DNA of 64,000 nt from the NCBI RefSeq assembly GCF_006345805.1, contig NW_021832840.1, positions 1 through 64,000 of the forward strand, written 5' to 3'. This DNA comes from Octopus sinensis (taxonomy: Eukaryota). The translations under genes were made by a program, and so were the position numbers. This document shows positions 13,540 through 25,652 of this stretch, piece by piece. The notes beneath the pieces were generated by a model that saw only the letters and a list, made by a program, of their open reading frames with translations, did no database searches and had not been told where the DNA came from. The stretch's first letter is position 1. Each line of letters begins with the position of its first letter.

Positions 13540-14356
13540 TTATACGACGCCTCCATTGGAGGCCCGGCCGATAGTGTTGTAAATGACCTAAACAATGTGG
13601 CTCCGATACTGGCTTCTATAGGCCTTACCGTGAACCCACAAAAATCAGAGATTTTCAATATTGGATACGACCATGCACTCTTTACTCTGGAAATCCAGCC
13701 CCTGTTCGACCTTCATCTCCCAGCCATACGCACCGTTCTGCCCGAAGAACTTACTCTTCTCGGTACGCCTCTATTCTCGTCCGGAATCCCATCTTTCCTC
13801 CGCGCTAAACTTCTTAATATGGAAAAATCATTCGACACTCTTAAATCCATCGACGCCCATGTGGCTTTCTTTCTACTGAAGAACTTTCTTGCCTTTCCTC
13901 GTTTGGAGTACGCACTTCGCACTTCTCCCTGTTTCCGATTCCCGGATGCAGTCGGAGAATTCGATTCGCTGCTCAGGAATACTCTCGTTCAAATCTCAAA
14001 CGTACATTTTGACGAAATGGGCTGGAAACAGGCTATCCTGCCTATCAGGCACGGGGGTCTCGGATTCCAAGCCCCCTCTGTCCTCTCCTTGCCATGCTTT
14101 CTTTCTTCCTCTCACCGATGCATGCCTCTCGTAGTCCAGATCCTTCCTCCTCCCTCTGGATCGCTCACGGACTCAGAGCTTTCATACGGCACATTGTTGT
14201 GGACAGATTGCGGTCTAAATACTCCCGTTGACCTATGCCTTATCCGCGAGTGGACGGAGATCAGCAGCTCTCAGTCTTTCCGGTACTTACTGTCTCACGG
14301 AGACCAACACCGGCGTGCTTGTCTGTTGTCTGGAGCATCTCCACGGACTGGCGCCT
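13540..14356 (+). mobile_element. CRE-like RT C-terminal fragment, cut off at the satellite junction
   Basis: GLTVNPQKSE, LGTPLF, AFFLLKN, GWKQAILPIRHGGLG, RRACLLS...TGA; matches 30590-32930. Confidence 0.85.
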
Positions 14357-15968
14357 GTAAGTCGAGGACATTGTATTGTTCATTTTAACCAAAATGCAGA
14401 AAATTTTTTTTTAATTTTTTTTGGGGGGAAGGTTTTAAGGACTTCATCATGTAAGTCGAGGACATTGTAGTTGTTCATTTTAACCAAAATGCAGAAAATT
14501 TTTTTTTAATTTTTTGGGGGGGAAGGTTTTAAGGACTTCATCATGTAAGTCGAGGACATTGTAGTTGTTCATTTTAACCAAAATGCAGAAAATTTTTTTT
14601 TAATTTTTTTGGGGGGAAGGTTTTAGGAGGACTTCATCTTGTAAGTCGAGGACATTGTAGTTGTTCATTTTAACCAAAATGCAGAAAATTTTTTTTTAAT
14701 TTTTTTGGGGGGAAGGTTTTAAGGACTTCATCATGTAAGTCGAGGACATTGTAGTTGTTCATATTAACCAAAATGCAGAAAATTTTTTTTTAATTTTTTT
14801 GGGGGGAAGGTTTTAAGGACTTCATCATGTAAGTCGAGGACATTGTAGTTGTTCATTTTAACCAAAATGCAGAAAATTTTTTTTTAATTTTTTTGGGGGG
14901 AAGGTTTTAAGGACTTCATCATGTAAGTCGAGGACATTGTAGTTGTTCATTTTAACCAAAATGCAGAAAATTTTTTTTTAATTTTTTTTGGGGGGAAGGT
15001 TTTAAGGACTTCATCATGTAAGTCGAGGACATTGTAGTTGTTCATTTTAACCAAAATGCAGAAAATTTTTTTTTAATTTTTTTTGGGGGGAAGGTTTTAA
15101 GGACTTCATCATGTAAGTCGAGGACATTGTAGTTGTTCATTTTAACCAAAATGCAGAAATTTTTTTTAATTTTTTTTGGGGGGAAGGTTTTAAGGACTTC
15201 ATCATGTAAGTCGAGGACATTGTAGTTGTTCATTTTAACCAAAATGCAGAAAATTTTTTTTTAATTTTTTTGGGGGGAAGGTTTTAAGGACTTCATCATG
15301 TAAGTCGAGGACATTGTAGTTGTTCATTTTAACCAAAATGCAGAAATTTTTTTTTTAATTTTTTTTGGGGGGAAGGTTTTAAGGACTTCATCATGTAAGT
15401 CGAGGACATTGTAGTTGTTCATTTTAACCAAAATGCAGAAAATTTTTTTTTAATTTTTTTGGGGGGAAGGTTTTAAGGACTTCATCATGTAAGTCGAGGA
15501 CATTGTAGTTGTTCATTTTAACCAAAATGCAGAAATTTTTTTTTAATTTGTTTGGGGGGGAAGGTTTTAAGGACTTCATCATGTAAGTCGAGGACATTGT
15601 AGTTGTTCATTTTAACCAAAATGCAGAAAATTTTTTTTTAATTTTTTTGGGGGGAAGGTTTTAAGACTTCATCATGTAAGTCGAGGACATTGTAGTTTCA
15701 TTTTAACCAAAATGCAGAAAATTTTTTTTTTATTTTTTTGGGGGGAAGTTTTAAGGACTTCATCATGTAAGTCGAGGACATTGTAGTTGTTCATTTTAAC
15801 CAAAATGCAGAAAATTTTTTTTTAATTTGTTTGGGGGGGAAGGTTTTAAGGACTTCATCATGTAAGTCGAGGACATTGTAGTTGTTCATTTTAACCAAAA
15901 TGCAGAAAATTTTTTTTAATTTTTTGGGGGGAAGGTTTTAAGGACCTCATCATGTAAGTCGAGGACAT
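14357..15968. repeat. Tandem array of a ~94-bp unit (17 full copies plus a partial one)
   Basis: GTAAGTCGAGGACATTG recurs at 14357, 14451, 14545, 14641 ... 15954; period 91-96 bp; variation lies mostly in T and G homopolymers. Confidence 0.97.
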
Positions 15969-15993
15969 CGTATTGCCAATTTGAAGTTGGTGT

Positions 15994-16053
15994 GCACACA
16001 CAGACAGACAGACAGACAGACAGACACACACCATACCATTTTATTATTAAGAT
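15994..16053 (+). repeat. (CAGA)6 microsatellite and putative element 3' terminus
   Basis: CAGA x6 at 16001-16024, then ...TTATTATTAAGAT immediately after the 94-bp array. Confidence 0.7.
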
Positions 16054-16199
16054 ATGGTGAAGATGGAGAAGCAGACTTTTCAAAAATAGAATTTTTAAAA
16101 TATATTCACAATGAAATAAATGGATATAATCTTAATGAAACAGGGATTTTTATTTAAACTACGGGAAACGAAAGTTATGTTTTGAATACAACTAACAAC

Positions 16200-17075
16200 G
16201 TATTGGAAGCAACCTCCAGATAAGAGGGGAACCTAATAATTTCTCACCTGGAAAATCTGTGTGTTGCAAACGACCCCAGAATGAACACTCGAACCCCTTA
16301 CAACGAGAAAAATTCACTCACTTCACCCGATATTACTATTGCTCACCACGACTGGCACCTCCTGTTCATTGGTCCGTTAATTTTGACTTGGGGAGCGATC
16401 ACAACCGTATTCTTATCAAAATCAATTGCACCCCGGCGACCCGGTCAAAACATGCAATATTTCACGATTACGCTAATGATATAAAAAATATGTTGATTCA
16501 TCCCTATGGAACTTTCATCCTCAGGATTTCAACTCCCTCGACACGGCAGTCAACTACTTTAACAAAGTTATTCTAAAGGGGAGAGATCTATTTGTAAAGA
16601 AAGAAGTCCTGAAACTCACGAAAAGAAAATACGACGCTAAAACAGTCAAACTAATAAAAGAAAGAAATCGCCTCAAACACAGTACACATCTGACGAACTT
16701 ACAACAAGAAGGATTCGGGAATTGAACATGGAGATCGCAGAAGTGCGAGACGAGTGCAAAAAAAAATTGGACACGATTTCCCGAGGATGAACAAAAAGTG
16801 CTCACTCTCGAAAATGTGGAAGATGCTGCGTAACATTAAAAACGCCGACAGTACAAACGAGGATGACAACAATCACCAACTAGACTAAACACCTTTATGA
16901 AACATTGCGTGAAGATAAGTCACAAGCCTTATAAAAAACGAAATCCTCTTCAATTATTAAGGGCAAACCGAAAAGGGAGCATACAGCCACTGTCCCTTTT
17001 ATGCGTCCAGGCACGAATTCTAGAGAGAATGGTGATGACTTTGATTCGCCCCCTCCTCCTAGAAGTCAGTTTCCA
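16200..17075 (+). mobile_element. Degenerate APE-type LINE (Jockey/I-like) remnant
   Basis: APE C-terminus SPDITI...LGSDHNRILI, then linker and RT start (PLSLLCVQARILERMV); frameshifted. Confidence 0.7.
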
Positions 17076-17464
17076 TTGAAAATTGTACGATTGGGATGCA
17101 ATTAACCTGATTAATAAAATTGTCCTTATTAATTCTCATCTTGATTTAGCCAAATAGAAAAAGTCCTTATGTGTGACGGTTATAAAAATATTTGTCAAAA
17201 TTACGCACTTAAATAATTTTTTACATATGAAATGAGACAAAGTTTCTAATTAATCGAACATAGGACAAAACTGGCTCGCAGGATTGAGAGACAACGAAGA
17301 GTGCACAAACGGCCAATTTTTGTCGAAATTGATATAAAAATTGTCAAATTAAACTGAAAATGGTATAGAATTTAACATATTAATTGAAAAATACTATTTT
17401 TTCGGAAGGAAATATGTGAAATCAATAAATATCGATTAAACTCAATAACTTTTTTTTTGTAAAG

Positions 17465-17645
17465 CAGAAAAAGTATCCCACAGGCTGCGTCCCATACGAG
17501 GCCTTTTCCGCCCTCAAAAGAAAAAAGTGTCATCCCGTCAGGACGTTTCCCCGTCACCGCAGTCAAAACCCGGTGGTTCGAGGACCGAAGGAAATTCCGC
17601 CGAGTCGAGGGCCCTCCGTATGATGTCATTCATAGCAGAGTGCCT
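17465..17645 (-). mobile_element. CRE-like RLE fragment
   Basis: [22 protein letters not shown]. Confidence 0.8.
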
Positions 17646-17772
17646 CGGAATTAAAAAAATTGAATATGATAAATTTTATTACAAAGCCAATAAACTAAAT
17701 TACAAATTATTAAAAGTATGGAGTGTAGAAATCTTGTTCTGTTAGAGCTTTGTCATTAATTGTAGAACCATG

Positions 17773-18314
17773 TTAGTTTTCGAGGGGAAACAGAATATCA
17801 TCTAATTCCTTTGAACACTGAACGAACCAATTTGAGTATTCTGTATAATTGTAGCCATATGAAGTATAATGATTCGGAAAATACATATTCGGTTGATAAT
17901 ATGAGTAGTACGAATCCTCAAATGGCACATAAGACTGACAGATTTGTGGCTGGATTTTGTCTTTCTGAATTGTGTATTGGGGATACGATATATTGGGGAT
18001 GGTTATCTCTTTAGTCTGCTCCGGTGACTTATGTGTTCGGATTTGTTCTGTTTTTTGATTTAGGAACATGTAGGTATTTCTTGAATGAGGTACTTTTTAA
18101 GAATTTTTGGATATTTGTAGTATGTTCTGAGAGCCCTCAAAAGTTTTTGTTCGTTCATGGAAGGGTTTGTTTTACATTGTCCCCACCAATATGCCAGCAA
18201 ATCTCCATCGGTGATCACAAATATTCCATAGATTTATTTTCCATTCAATTGCTTTGTTTTCAGTTTTAAAAGGTTGATAATAAATTTCCAAAGTATTATC
18301 GTTTTACAACCCAT
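17773..18314 (-). CDS. Divergent ETS-domain transcription factor with N-terminal ETS domain (apparent frameshifts; gene or pseudogene)
   Basis: Joining frames gives MGCKTIILWKFIINLL-KTENKAIEW-..YGIFVITDGDLLAYWWGQCKTNPSMNEQKLLRALRTYYKYPKILKK-VPHSRNTYMF, then the Y/Q/S-rich ORF 17773-18069. Requires about 4 single-A additions in A-runs. Confidence 0.8.
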
Positions 18315-18372
18315 TTCTGATTCTGAATTGTTGCGTATTACAGATACCTGGTTTTAAACGTTCTAGCGTTAG

Positions 18373-18399
18373 GTACTTCCGTTTTTTTTTACTTCCTTT
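18373..18399 (-). promoter_or_regulatory. Two ETS-type GGAAGT sites upstream of the ETS gene
   Basis: ACGGAAGTAC and AAGGAAGTAA on the - strand, about 60-85 bp upstream of ATG 18314. Confidence 0.35.
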
Positions 18400-18519
18400 T
18401 TTGAACTTTTTTTCATTCGCAAATATACTTAACACTTACAAGCGATTATTATTTTAAGAAGGGCTCTCAATCGTGTGCGATAATGAGTTCACCACTGTTT
18501 ATTTGCAATAAAAACCTGG

Positions 18520-20150
18520 TAGACCGTTACAGTAAAAATACGACTAATAAATTTAAGAAAGAATATAATTGGATTGTTTGGTTATCCTCTATAAAAGCGA
18601 AATGGGAGATTGACAGGTGCTGATTTGAGAAACCAAGTTTTCAAACGCCTTGTCTCAAATAAATAAGATGGTGATTAAAAAAATAATAAAAAAGCAGCAA
18701 TCCAAACAGTAAATAATAGAATAAAACACTGAGAAATCACCACAGATTAATTTCAAAAGTCTCGTCGTTATCGAGCAGTCCCGGAACGTTAGAATGTGCC
18801 ATTTTTTATTCTCGTATGCTCTTTCATCTGTTCAGAAAACTTCTCCAAATAGAGATCCTGAACCAGAGAAGAGGAGGATGAACGGGAGACGTGGAGAACA
18901 CAATTGATCCAATTCCTAACTCGCTTTTGTCAAAAACTTATCTAGTAGAGGGTTAGGGAGTTGTGTGTCCTTAATTAAGGTAAAGTGATAAAAGTAAAAA
19001 ATCACAAAGAAATGTACAGTCAGTCCAAATTTGTTAATGTAGGTGACCATAAAACTTTCGAATTGTCCTCAAAAATGGCATTAGTCAACCTAGGTATCAA
19101 ACAGCAAGGTAATTAATTTTTACTTTCTTCTAGGTTTGAGACATAGCTACTCCCAATAACCGTCAGAAAAGAACGACTTGAGTTAAAGGAACAGAAGAAC
19201 ACCATTGTCCAAAACATATCCAATGGAAAAAAGAAACTCCAAGAATTTGAAGATAAAATTTTGATGTTGTCCGAATAATATACAAATAGGCTCTCAAATG
19301 AAACTGAAAGATCTATATTGGATGACGAAAACCTTATGGAGACTCTTAAATCTATCGAAGTGACTAACCAACTCAACGTAGCCCAACAGACCGAAGAAAA
19401 ATCGATGCCATCAGAGAGGTAAAGTTCCAGCTCTATACTTAAACGTCACTAAATGGGTTATTTAGAGTGCGCACAAGGAGGTTCAATTTTATTTTTTATT
19501 GTGAATGAACAGGGTAAGGTAAATGAGATGTATAAATATTGGATGGAATGTTATATTAAGATTTTCAAGTATTCTATAGAGAAAAGTTTCAGATCCTCAA
19601 AGCTTGACAAAATGCAGGTGAGTGTGACAATGCCCGCAATGACTTACAGAAAATGCTGATTATACGGCCAATCCGTCCGGACCGCGTCCCAATATGTGTG
19701 GCGTCGTTTGTAACGAATAATTTTGGGTCGAAGTACGTCAAGCCTCCTCTTCTTAACATACAAGACGTTTTCATCGAATCTCATCCACAAACTCTTTTAA
19801 TTTTCATCTTTTCTCCCGGAGTTATTGGTCGTGTTTGAATAACTCACTAATCTAGTACCCGACTCAGGCAATCTTATAGATCGCCATAAAATAAAACATG
19901 GCAAAAAGTTTCCCTTTCTCTAGTACAAGGACAGTCCTCCATTGCCAACAGAATGATCTGAGACGACATTAGAGAAGTTAGGTAAATTCTATAATTAAAG
20001 GAGCACTGGATATTCCTGCCCAATTGACACTTATTACTTTGTTGAATGCAAAATTGGCCACTTTTATTTTAAGTCTTCAAAGTCTCCACCAACAACGAAG
20101 ACTGGTCTGACTTTTCCTACCAACATGACAGTTAAAGTTAGTTAATAGCA
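18520..20150 (+). pseudogene. DNAH2: Decayed axonemal dynein heavy chain (DNAH2-like) fragment, AAA5-AAA6 region
   Basis: Segments IDPIPNSLLSK, VNLGIKQQG, LLPITVRKERLELKEQK, SILDDENLMETL, CAQGGSILFF, MLIIRPIRPDRV...FSPGV, QGQSSIANRMI, HWIFLPN follow DNAH2 order. In-frame TAG/TGA, frameshifts, an internal deletion near 19620, and 21-25-nt introns. Confidence 0.82.
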
Positions 20151-20184
20151 CTTCCGCGTTGCCATAAGCATAAAAATGAAAAAA

Positions 20185-20264
20185 TTTCAGACCTCCATTT
20201 TCAGGGAAACCTCCATTTTTGGGGCAATTTTTCAAAATTGATGCCCCAAATGGAGGTTATACTG
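20185..20264. mobile_element. pogo/Tigger-like right end
   Basis: ...GGAGGTTATACTG|TA terminus with a long subterminal hairpin. Confidence 0.5.
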
Positions 20265-21980
20265 TATCTAATTGTAAAAAAATGTCGATATTATTCATCG
20301 CAGAGAAGCAATTATGCCATTTCAGTCGCTGTGCTCGCGGAAACTACTTTTCAATACGCAGCCCTAAGTTGTTGAGCTGACCCGTAACAATAAAAAATAG
20401 TAATTTATAAAATCAGCATTATTTTTGACTCATTCAAATTGATGTAAGGTTTAATTTTAACTTTATGAAATATAATTCAAAATAAAAAGGTTATTTGATT
20501 AGTTTGGCTATTGGCGGATACACTATAGCTAGAGATTCTCCTTCAGCTAAATTCCTGTGTTATTTGTAACAAAATTCTGTTTTATAATATTTTTAATAAT
20601 ATTAATGTTAAAAAATAAGCAATATTTGCTGGTTAACGTATAAAATCGAATAAAATATTAATTTTTAAATAATTAGTTCATTTAGGGTGCCACAAAATGT
20701 CATGCGGCATGCCAATTTTACGTCACTAAAACATATTTTAACTTTTTTTCAAAAGCCATCTCGTCATCAGACCGTAAAATAACTTATTTTTATAGCTAAA
20801 TAGAGTTTTCAGAATGAACGGAGAGTTGGAAAATTGGCGTTCTGAGTCTCAGAGATTAATGCACTTGTTAATATTCTTTCGTAATTATAATTGATTTCAT
20901 AATTTTTCTTTCCTTTTTAAAATCTCAAAAAATGCTTTAGTTTCTAATTTTTTAGTATTTTTGATTTTACTGTAAAGTCTTGTCTATTAGGGTAACTTCA
21001 AAGGATCCGTTTATAACAGCTTGATTTCTTCTTTCCTCGTATTCTTTTTTGACATTTTCCAAAATCTTACTAAGCGACAGATTTTTATGTTTATTTTTTT
21101 ATTTAATTTGATTGATTTTTGTAAAACAGTTTACTATCTGTATTATATGATCGAATAATGTCAATTTTTTTCTTTTGTGTTTGTAATTTTTTAACTAATT
21201 AGTTTTGTTCGTAACTGATATCAATAACTGATATCAACTGATATCAATTACTGTCATAAATTTTTGTCAATAATTTTATTCTCAGACATATTGATATTAA
21301 TGTGGTCTATTCCAGTGATTCTCAAGTTTGCGGCCTTGGATTCAATTGTGGCCCCTTGGTAAACTCTTAGTTTTTCTCTTTTAATATAAATAAATTTAAT
21401 TTTAATTAAGAATGTTTACTTTTCAATTTTTCATTAATGAAATGACCATTAAAATTTCAGATGGTGTTTGGTAAAAACTTTATCCCAACAATTGATAATA
21501 GTCGCTTTTTTCATAAATTTTTATTTTTTGGATTTAGATGTAATTGTTAGTGGTTATTTGAGTAGTTTTACTATCATTTTTCACGCAACTTATAAATGAG
21601 ACTAATACCGTTTTGCATAAAGATGACTTACACCAACTACCTCTTTGGCTTATTGACAAATTTCTCTAACCATTTTGGGGGGAATTTGGATTTGATATTA
21701 AGAATGTCTCCTCAGAGAAATATGAGTTTTAATTCATTTTCGCTATTATGTAACATCTATCAAGATCTGATTTTTTAGGAATATAAAAACTGTAAAAAGT
21801 AAAAATAAAATTTTGAACACTGAAAATGAGGGTATTTTAAAGCAAGGAAAATAATTTTTATCTTAGCTTGTTACAAAAATACTCATATCTAACTAGTAAA
21901 AGATCCCTCAATAAAATTAATATATCAGTCCACTTTATAGTCAAATACATTGTCATACAAACATATAAAATGTACATGTA

Positions 21981-24072
21981 TCAAACGCAAGTATCACATT
22001 TTGACTTGTTAGAATATGACTTGCTTTTTGATGGAATCGCCCCCGGAGAAGTAACTTCAACAATCATTTCATCCCCCGTCAGTGAAGTACCACAACTATT
22101 CTCAACAATATCTCCCGTCTTCTGCCTCTTGGCCGAACTCTCATCAGGAGGCTACAGTCACGCCAACAACCTTACCATCCAGTGAAGACACTCCTCATGA
22201 ACCATCACATCCTCAACCACTCTATTCTCCCAGTCCAACGACAACATTGTCCTTTCTAATAAACCACCTAGACTGACTACTTTTCATCATGAATAGTGAG
22301 GATCCCTAGATTCTGCAACGTGGCTGCAATGTCGTGTGTTGACATTCCTAAATCGTCACTCAACACTGGCAATAAAATCTGGTTGTACCCTTAATCGTGA
22401 TCGACTTTGAATCAGCTAGAGAAAGTCTTCTAATCACACTTGACTTCCAATATGCCATATAAGCAGCCCGCCCGTGTTCAGTAAGTGGTTTCTCTGGGGA
22501 GCCAGTCTTCCCTTCTCTCCGTGACAGAGCATAGCTCAATTCGATCAAAAAACGTCCAAATCCACGACGTTGAAAAACCGGGAGAACCATGATACATGAT
22601 AAATTATAGTTATGTCCGCTGTTCTTTTCTTTCGAGAAATACCCCACAAAGTCCCCTTCGACGGAAGCACTCTGAGGGCGAAGAATCATCACGTAGAACA
22701 TGAAAGGTTCAACATCGTAATAAAGAGTTTTGTGCAGCAAAAACAAGCGTGACAACAAACAGAGATTTTGGCAGTAAATTTTGTCATTGTTTCCATCAAC
22801 TTCAAACACTGCAATATTTCCGTGACGGTAAATCTCATTTCCAGGCGGGAAAGTCATTTGACACACAGCCTGACAGTCAAAATTAGTCAATAACCTCATG
22901 TCTTGCTAAAATTTTTGCGGTCTTCATATAAACGAGACACTTTGAACACAAAAATAACCGCGAAAGGCTATTCCGTGATCTTAGAGTAGTACCTGGAGAA
23001 CTCCTGGGGATACGGAGAAGAGTGCCAGGCTGGAATTTCATGAGGACCAATAATAATTCGGGGAGTGGAAGCTTCTGACTTGGAAGGCTCATCTTCGTCC
23101 AAATTGGAATTTTCCGTAAAAACAGTATCGAGTGAAGAGAGGTGTGCCATCTTGAATATCTCACGGTCTTCCGCGGTGATGTACTCCGGCTGCCCTGTCA
23201 TCATGAGGGTTGTCTCAATCACTGCAGTAATCTCAAGACCAAAACAACCACTGGAGTCATTTTTTGTATTCCGACGGGATTTGATTTTTTGAGGACATTT
23301 CCCACATCTCCAAGTCTCAATTTGCTCGCTAAACTCAGGCACATTGACAGAGCACTCAGAATGGTCTACCAACATTATAAACAAGAGAAACATATCATCC
23401 CACAGTCAGTGCACTGAAGAACTAGGCTGTTGGAGGAAGGGTTGATCAAATCCTTACAGACGGGACAGATCAAAGGAATTTAACATTCTTAAACTAAAGA
23501 GGATTGAAATACCTTAACGTTGTAGGTCATGTACTGATAAGTGGGTATTTCTGTGACTAACTAAGTGGTTTAATCAAAGAAGACTACTTTAACGTGTTTG
23601 TCTGGCAACATAATTATGAGATTCTGAGAGACGGCCTGGGCAATTGCCTCGTCTAAATATTTTTCCAAAGTCGCGTTTTTTGGGAGTGATATGTCATAAG
23701 TGAGGGTGATGTGTTGGAGGATTGTTGAAACTGAAATTAACGGGAAATTTGGGAAATTGAGTTCTTGAATAAACTCGGGGACCAGAGGAGTCAAGTCAGT
23801 CACACAAGATATATTTATTTTCCGTTTTTTCCGATTTCGTAATACTTCTGAAGTAATAAAAACGAATCGGCCATTGACTATTAAACGAGAAACTTTTCCG
23901 ATTCTTATTGATTTCATTAAAAGAAAGTAAAAATCAGATATTTTCAACTGCGTATTTAGTTAACAAAATGTACGTTTTTGTTTATAGAGGTGACCTTTTG
24001 GGATAGTCGGTAGAACTCCGGGAGACGATTTATTTTTACTAGTGAGTTTATGGAATCCAAAATGACGTCCAT
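21981..24072 (-). CDS. KAT6: KAT6 (MOZ/MORF/enok)-like MYST histone acetyltransferase: WH1-WH2(H15)-PHD-MYST, 10 exons
   Basis: Introns 23948-23973, 23561-23587, 23488-23512, 23366-23391, 22968-22992, 22870-22894, 22366-22388, 22252-22280 and 22152-22175 (23-29 nt, GT-AG) restore PHD CPVC..CTDCGMIYHSEC..WRCGKC and MYST (WHSSPYP, C2HC finger, NLSCI, QRRGFG, SPEKPL, EECLHW). One 1-nt frameshift near 23480. Confidence 0.9.
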
Positions 24073-24289
24073 TGGCCAAGAATCAAATATTGCTCATTTA
24101 CCACAAGAATTGGATAATAAAATACAATTATATATAATACAAATAATTATATTTTTTAATATATAGTTTCTGATTTTTATAATATTAAGTAAATTCTTAT
24201 TATAAAATACAAGCATAAATTATGTACTAAAGAATTGAAAAAATGATAAATTGGGAATGAAATTATCAGTCATGTGAGGATCCTAAGCA

Positions 24290-25235
24290 GCCTACGATTA
24301 TTTCAAGTCTACCAAAAAGAGCTGGATAGCTCATGTAGGCACCTATGCTAGTCGATGCTTAGACATCTCGAAGGCTCTCGACAGCGTTTGACACCGAGAC
24401 CTGCTGGAAAGGATCCAACTCTGTAAACCACCGGAAGAGGTCTTTTTGTGGTACAGTGCTTCCTCTCAAACCGTTGCTCTTTCGTTTCCGAATCGGGCTA
24501 TCGCTCCAGGAACATCAAACTCCTCAGGGGGGTGCTGCAAAGGTCCTACCTCAGTCTACTTTTCTTCAATTTGGTTATGAGCAATTGCCCTTTTCCCCCG
24601 ACCCCCGGACAACTTTGGTTTTATATGACGTCCTCGTCCTAGACATCTCAAAGGACGCGAAGACTTCAGAAAGAAGGCTTGCCAACTACATTGAGATGAT
24701 AAAGAAGTGGTGCGCCAATAAGCGGCTCTCGCTAGGAATGAACCGCTTACCTCTGAATCAACACGAAAAAGTCGCCAGATCAAAGTCCCGGGCCCTTAGC
24801 TGAAATTGACCGCCCCAGCTGCATATGTTATTTGGAGCTTACAATTGACGCTAATCCGGGTTAGTGTCTGCGTGTCAAGGAAAAGAGAGCGAAAGCCATC
24901 GGCTCCTATGAAGAATGCATCTGGACCCAAGGACTTTCCTCTTCATGTTCCACGCAACCATCCTAGCTTGCTGTAGAAAATGGGAGCGTGGTTCTACTCG
25001 AAATATTTCGAGAAAATTAACAGGAAATGCAAAAAAATCCGACGCTATACGCTGAAGCTAGCTTACAGACTTGACCCACGAGGCCCGGTCCCAAGCTGGG
25101 CGGAGACCAAGTCCTCGGAGATACGGCAGGTCATTGAGAAATCTATCCAGTCTTTCCGGAAACGATCTCAAGTGACCGACCTATTGAGACCGGTAACCGC
25201 CTAGCCTGCTCCAGACAGCAAATAAACGTTTCCTC
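24290..25235 (+). mobile_element. Degenerate LINE RT remnant (L2/Jockey-like)
   Basis: LDISKALDSV, CFLSNR, GVLQRSYLSLLFFN; eroded YADD. Confidence 0.65.
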
Positions 25236-25652
25236 TGAAGAGTTCAACTGACTAGAGCAGCCGTCTCGTTGTATCAGACGTCAAAAATTTCTGTCACTGT
25301 TTCTGTTTTTTTACAATAAATTGGATTACTTTACTTAATAGTCGATGAATTATAAATTGTTTTACGATATGTTCCAAGTAGGTAATAAAGTGAATTACAT
25401 CAAATTTTTTTTATCTCATACAGTCAACACTCTTCATAGTGAAACCGTTCTATAGTGAACAGGCCCTATTAAAGCAATCTACAATAACAAATATTAGTAA
25501 TTCTCATTATTCAGAATGTACATATGTTTATTTAAATATTTTGGTGTTCACTATTAAAGAATAGTGGACGTCAAATTTTTGTGAACATAAAAATATTAAA
25601 TTTAATATTTTTACATATTATTATTTACTCCACATCCGCAACAACAAGAAAG

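Noticed and set aside
14357-15968. CRISPR array or coding repeat (ORF 15042-15242)
   Set aside because: Units are contiguous with no unique spacers, the context is eukaryotic, and the ORF is an incidental translation of the satellite.
20810-21130. Possible host exon fragments on the - strand
   Set aside because: No consistent spliced frame or domain could be built.
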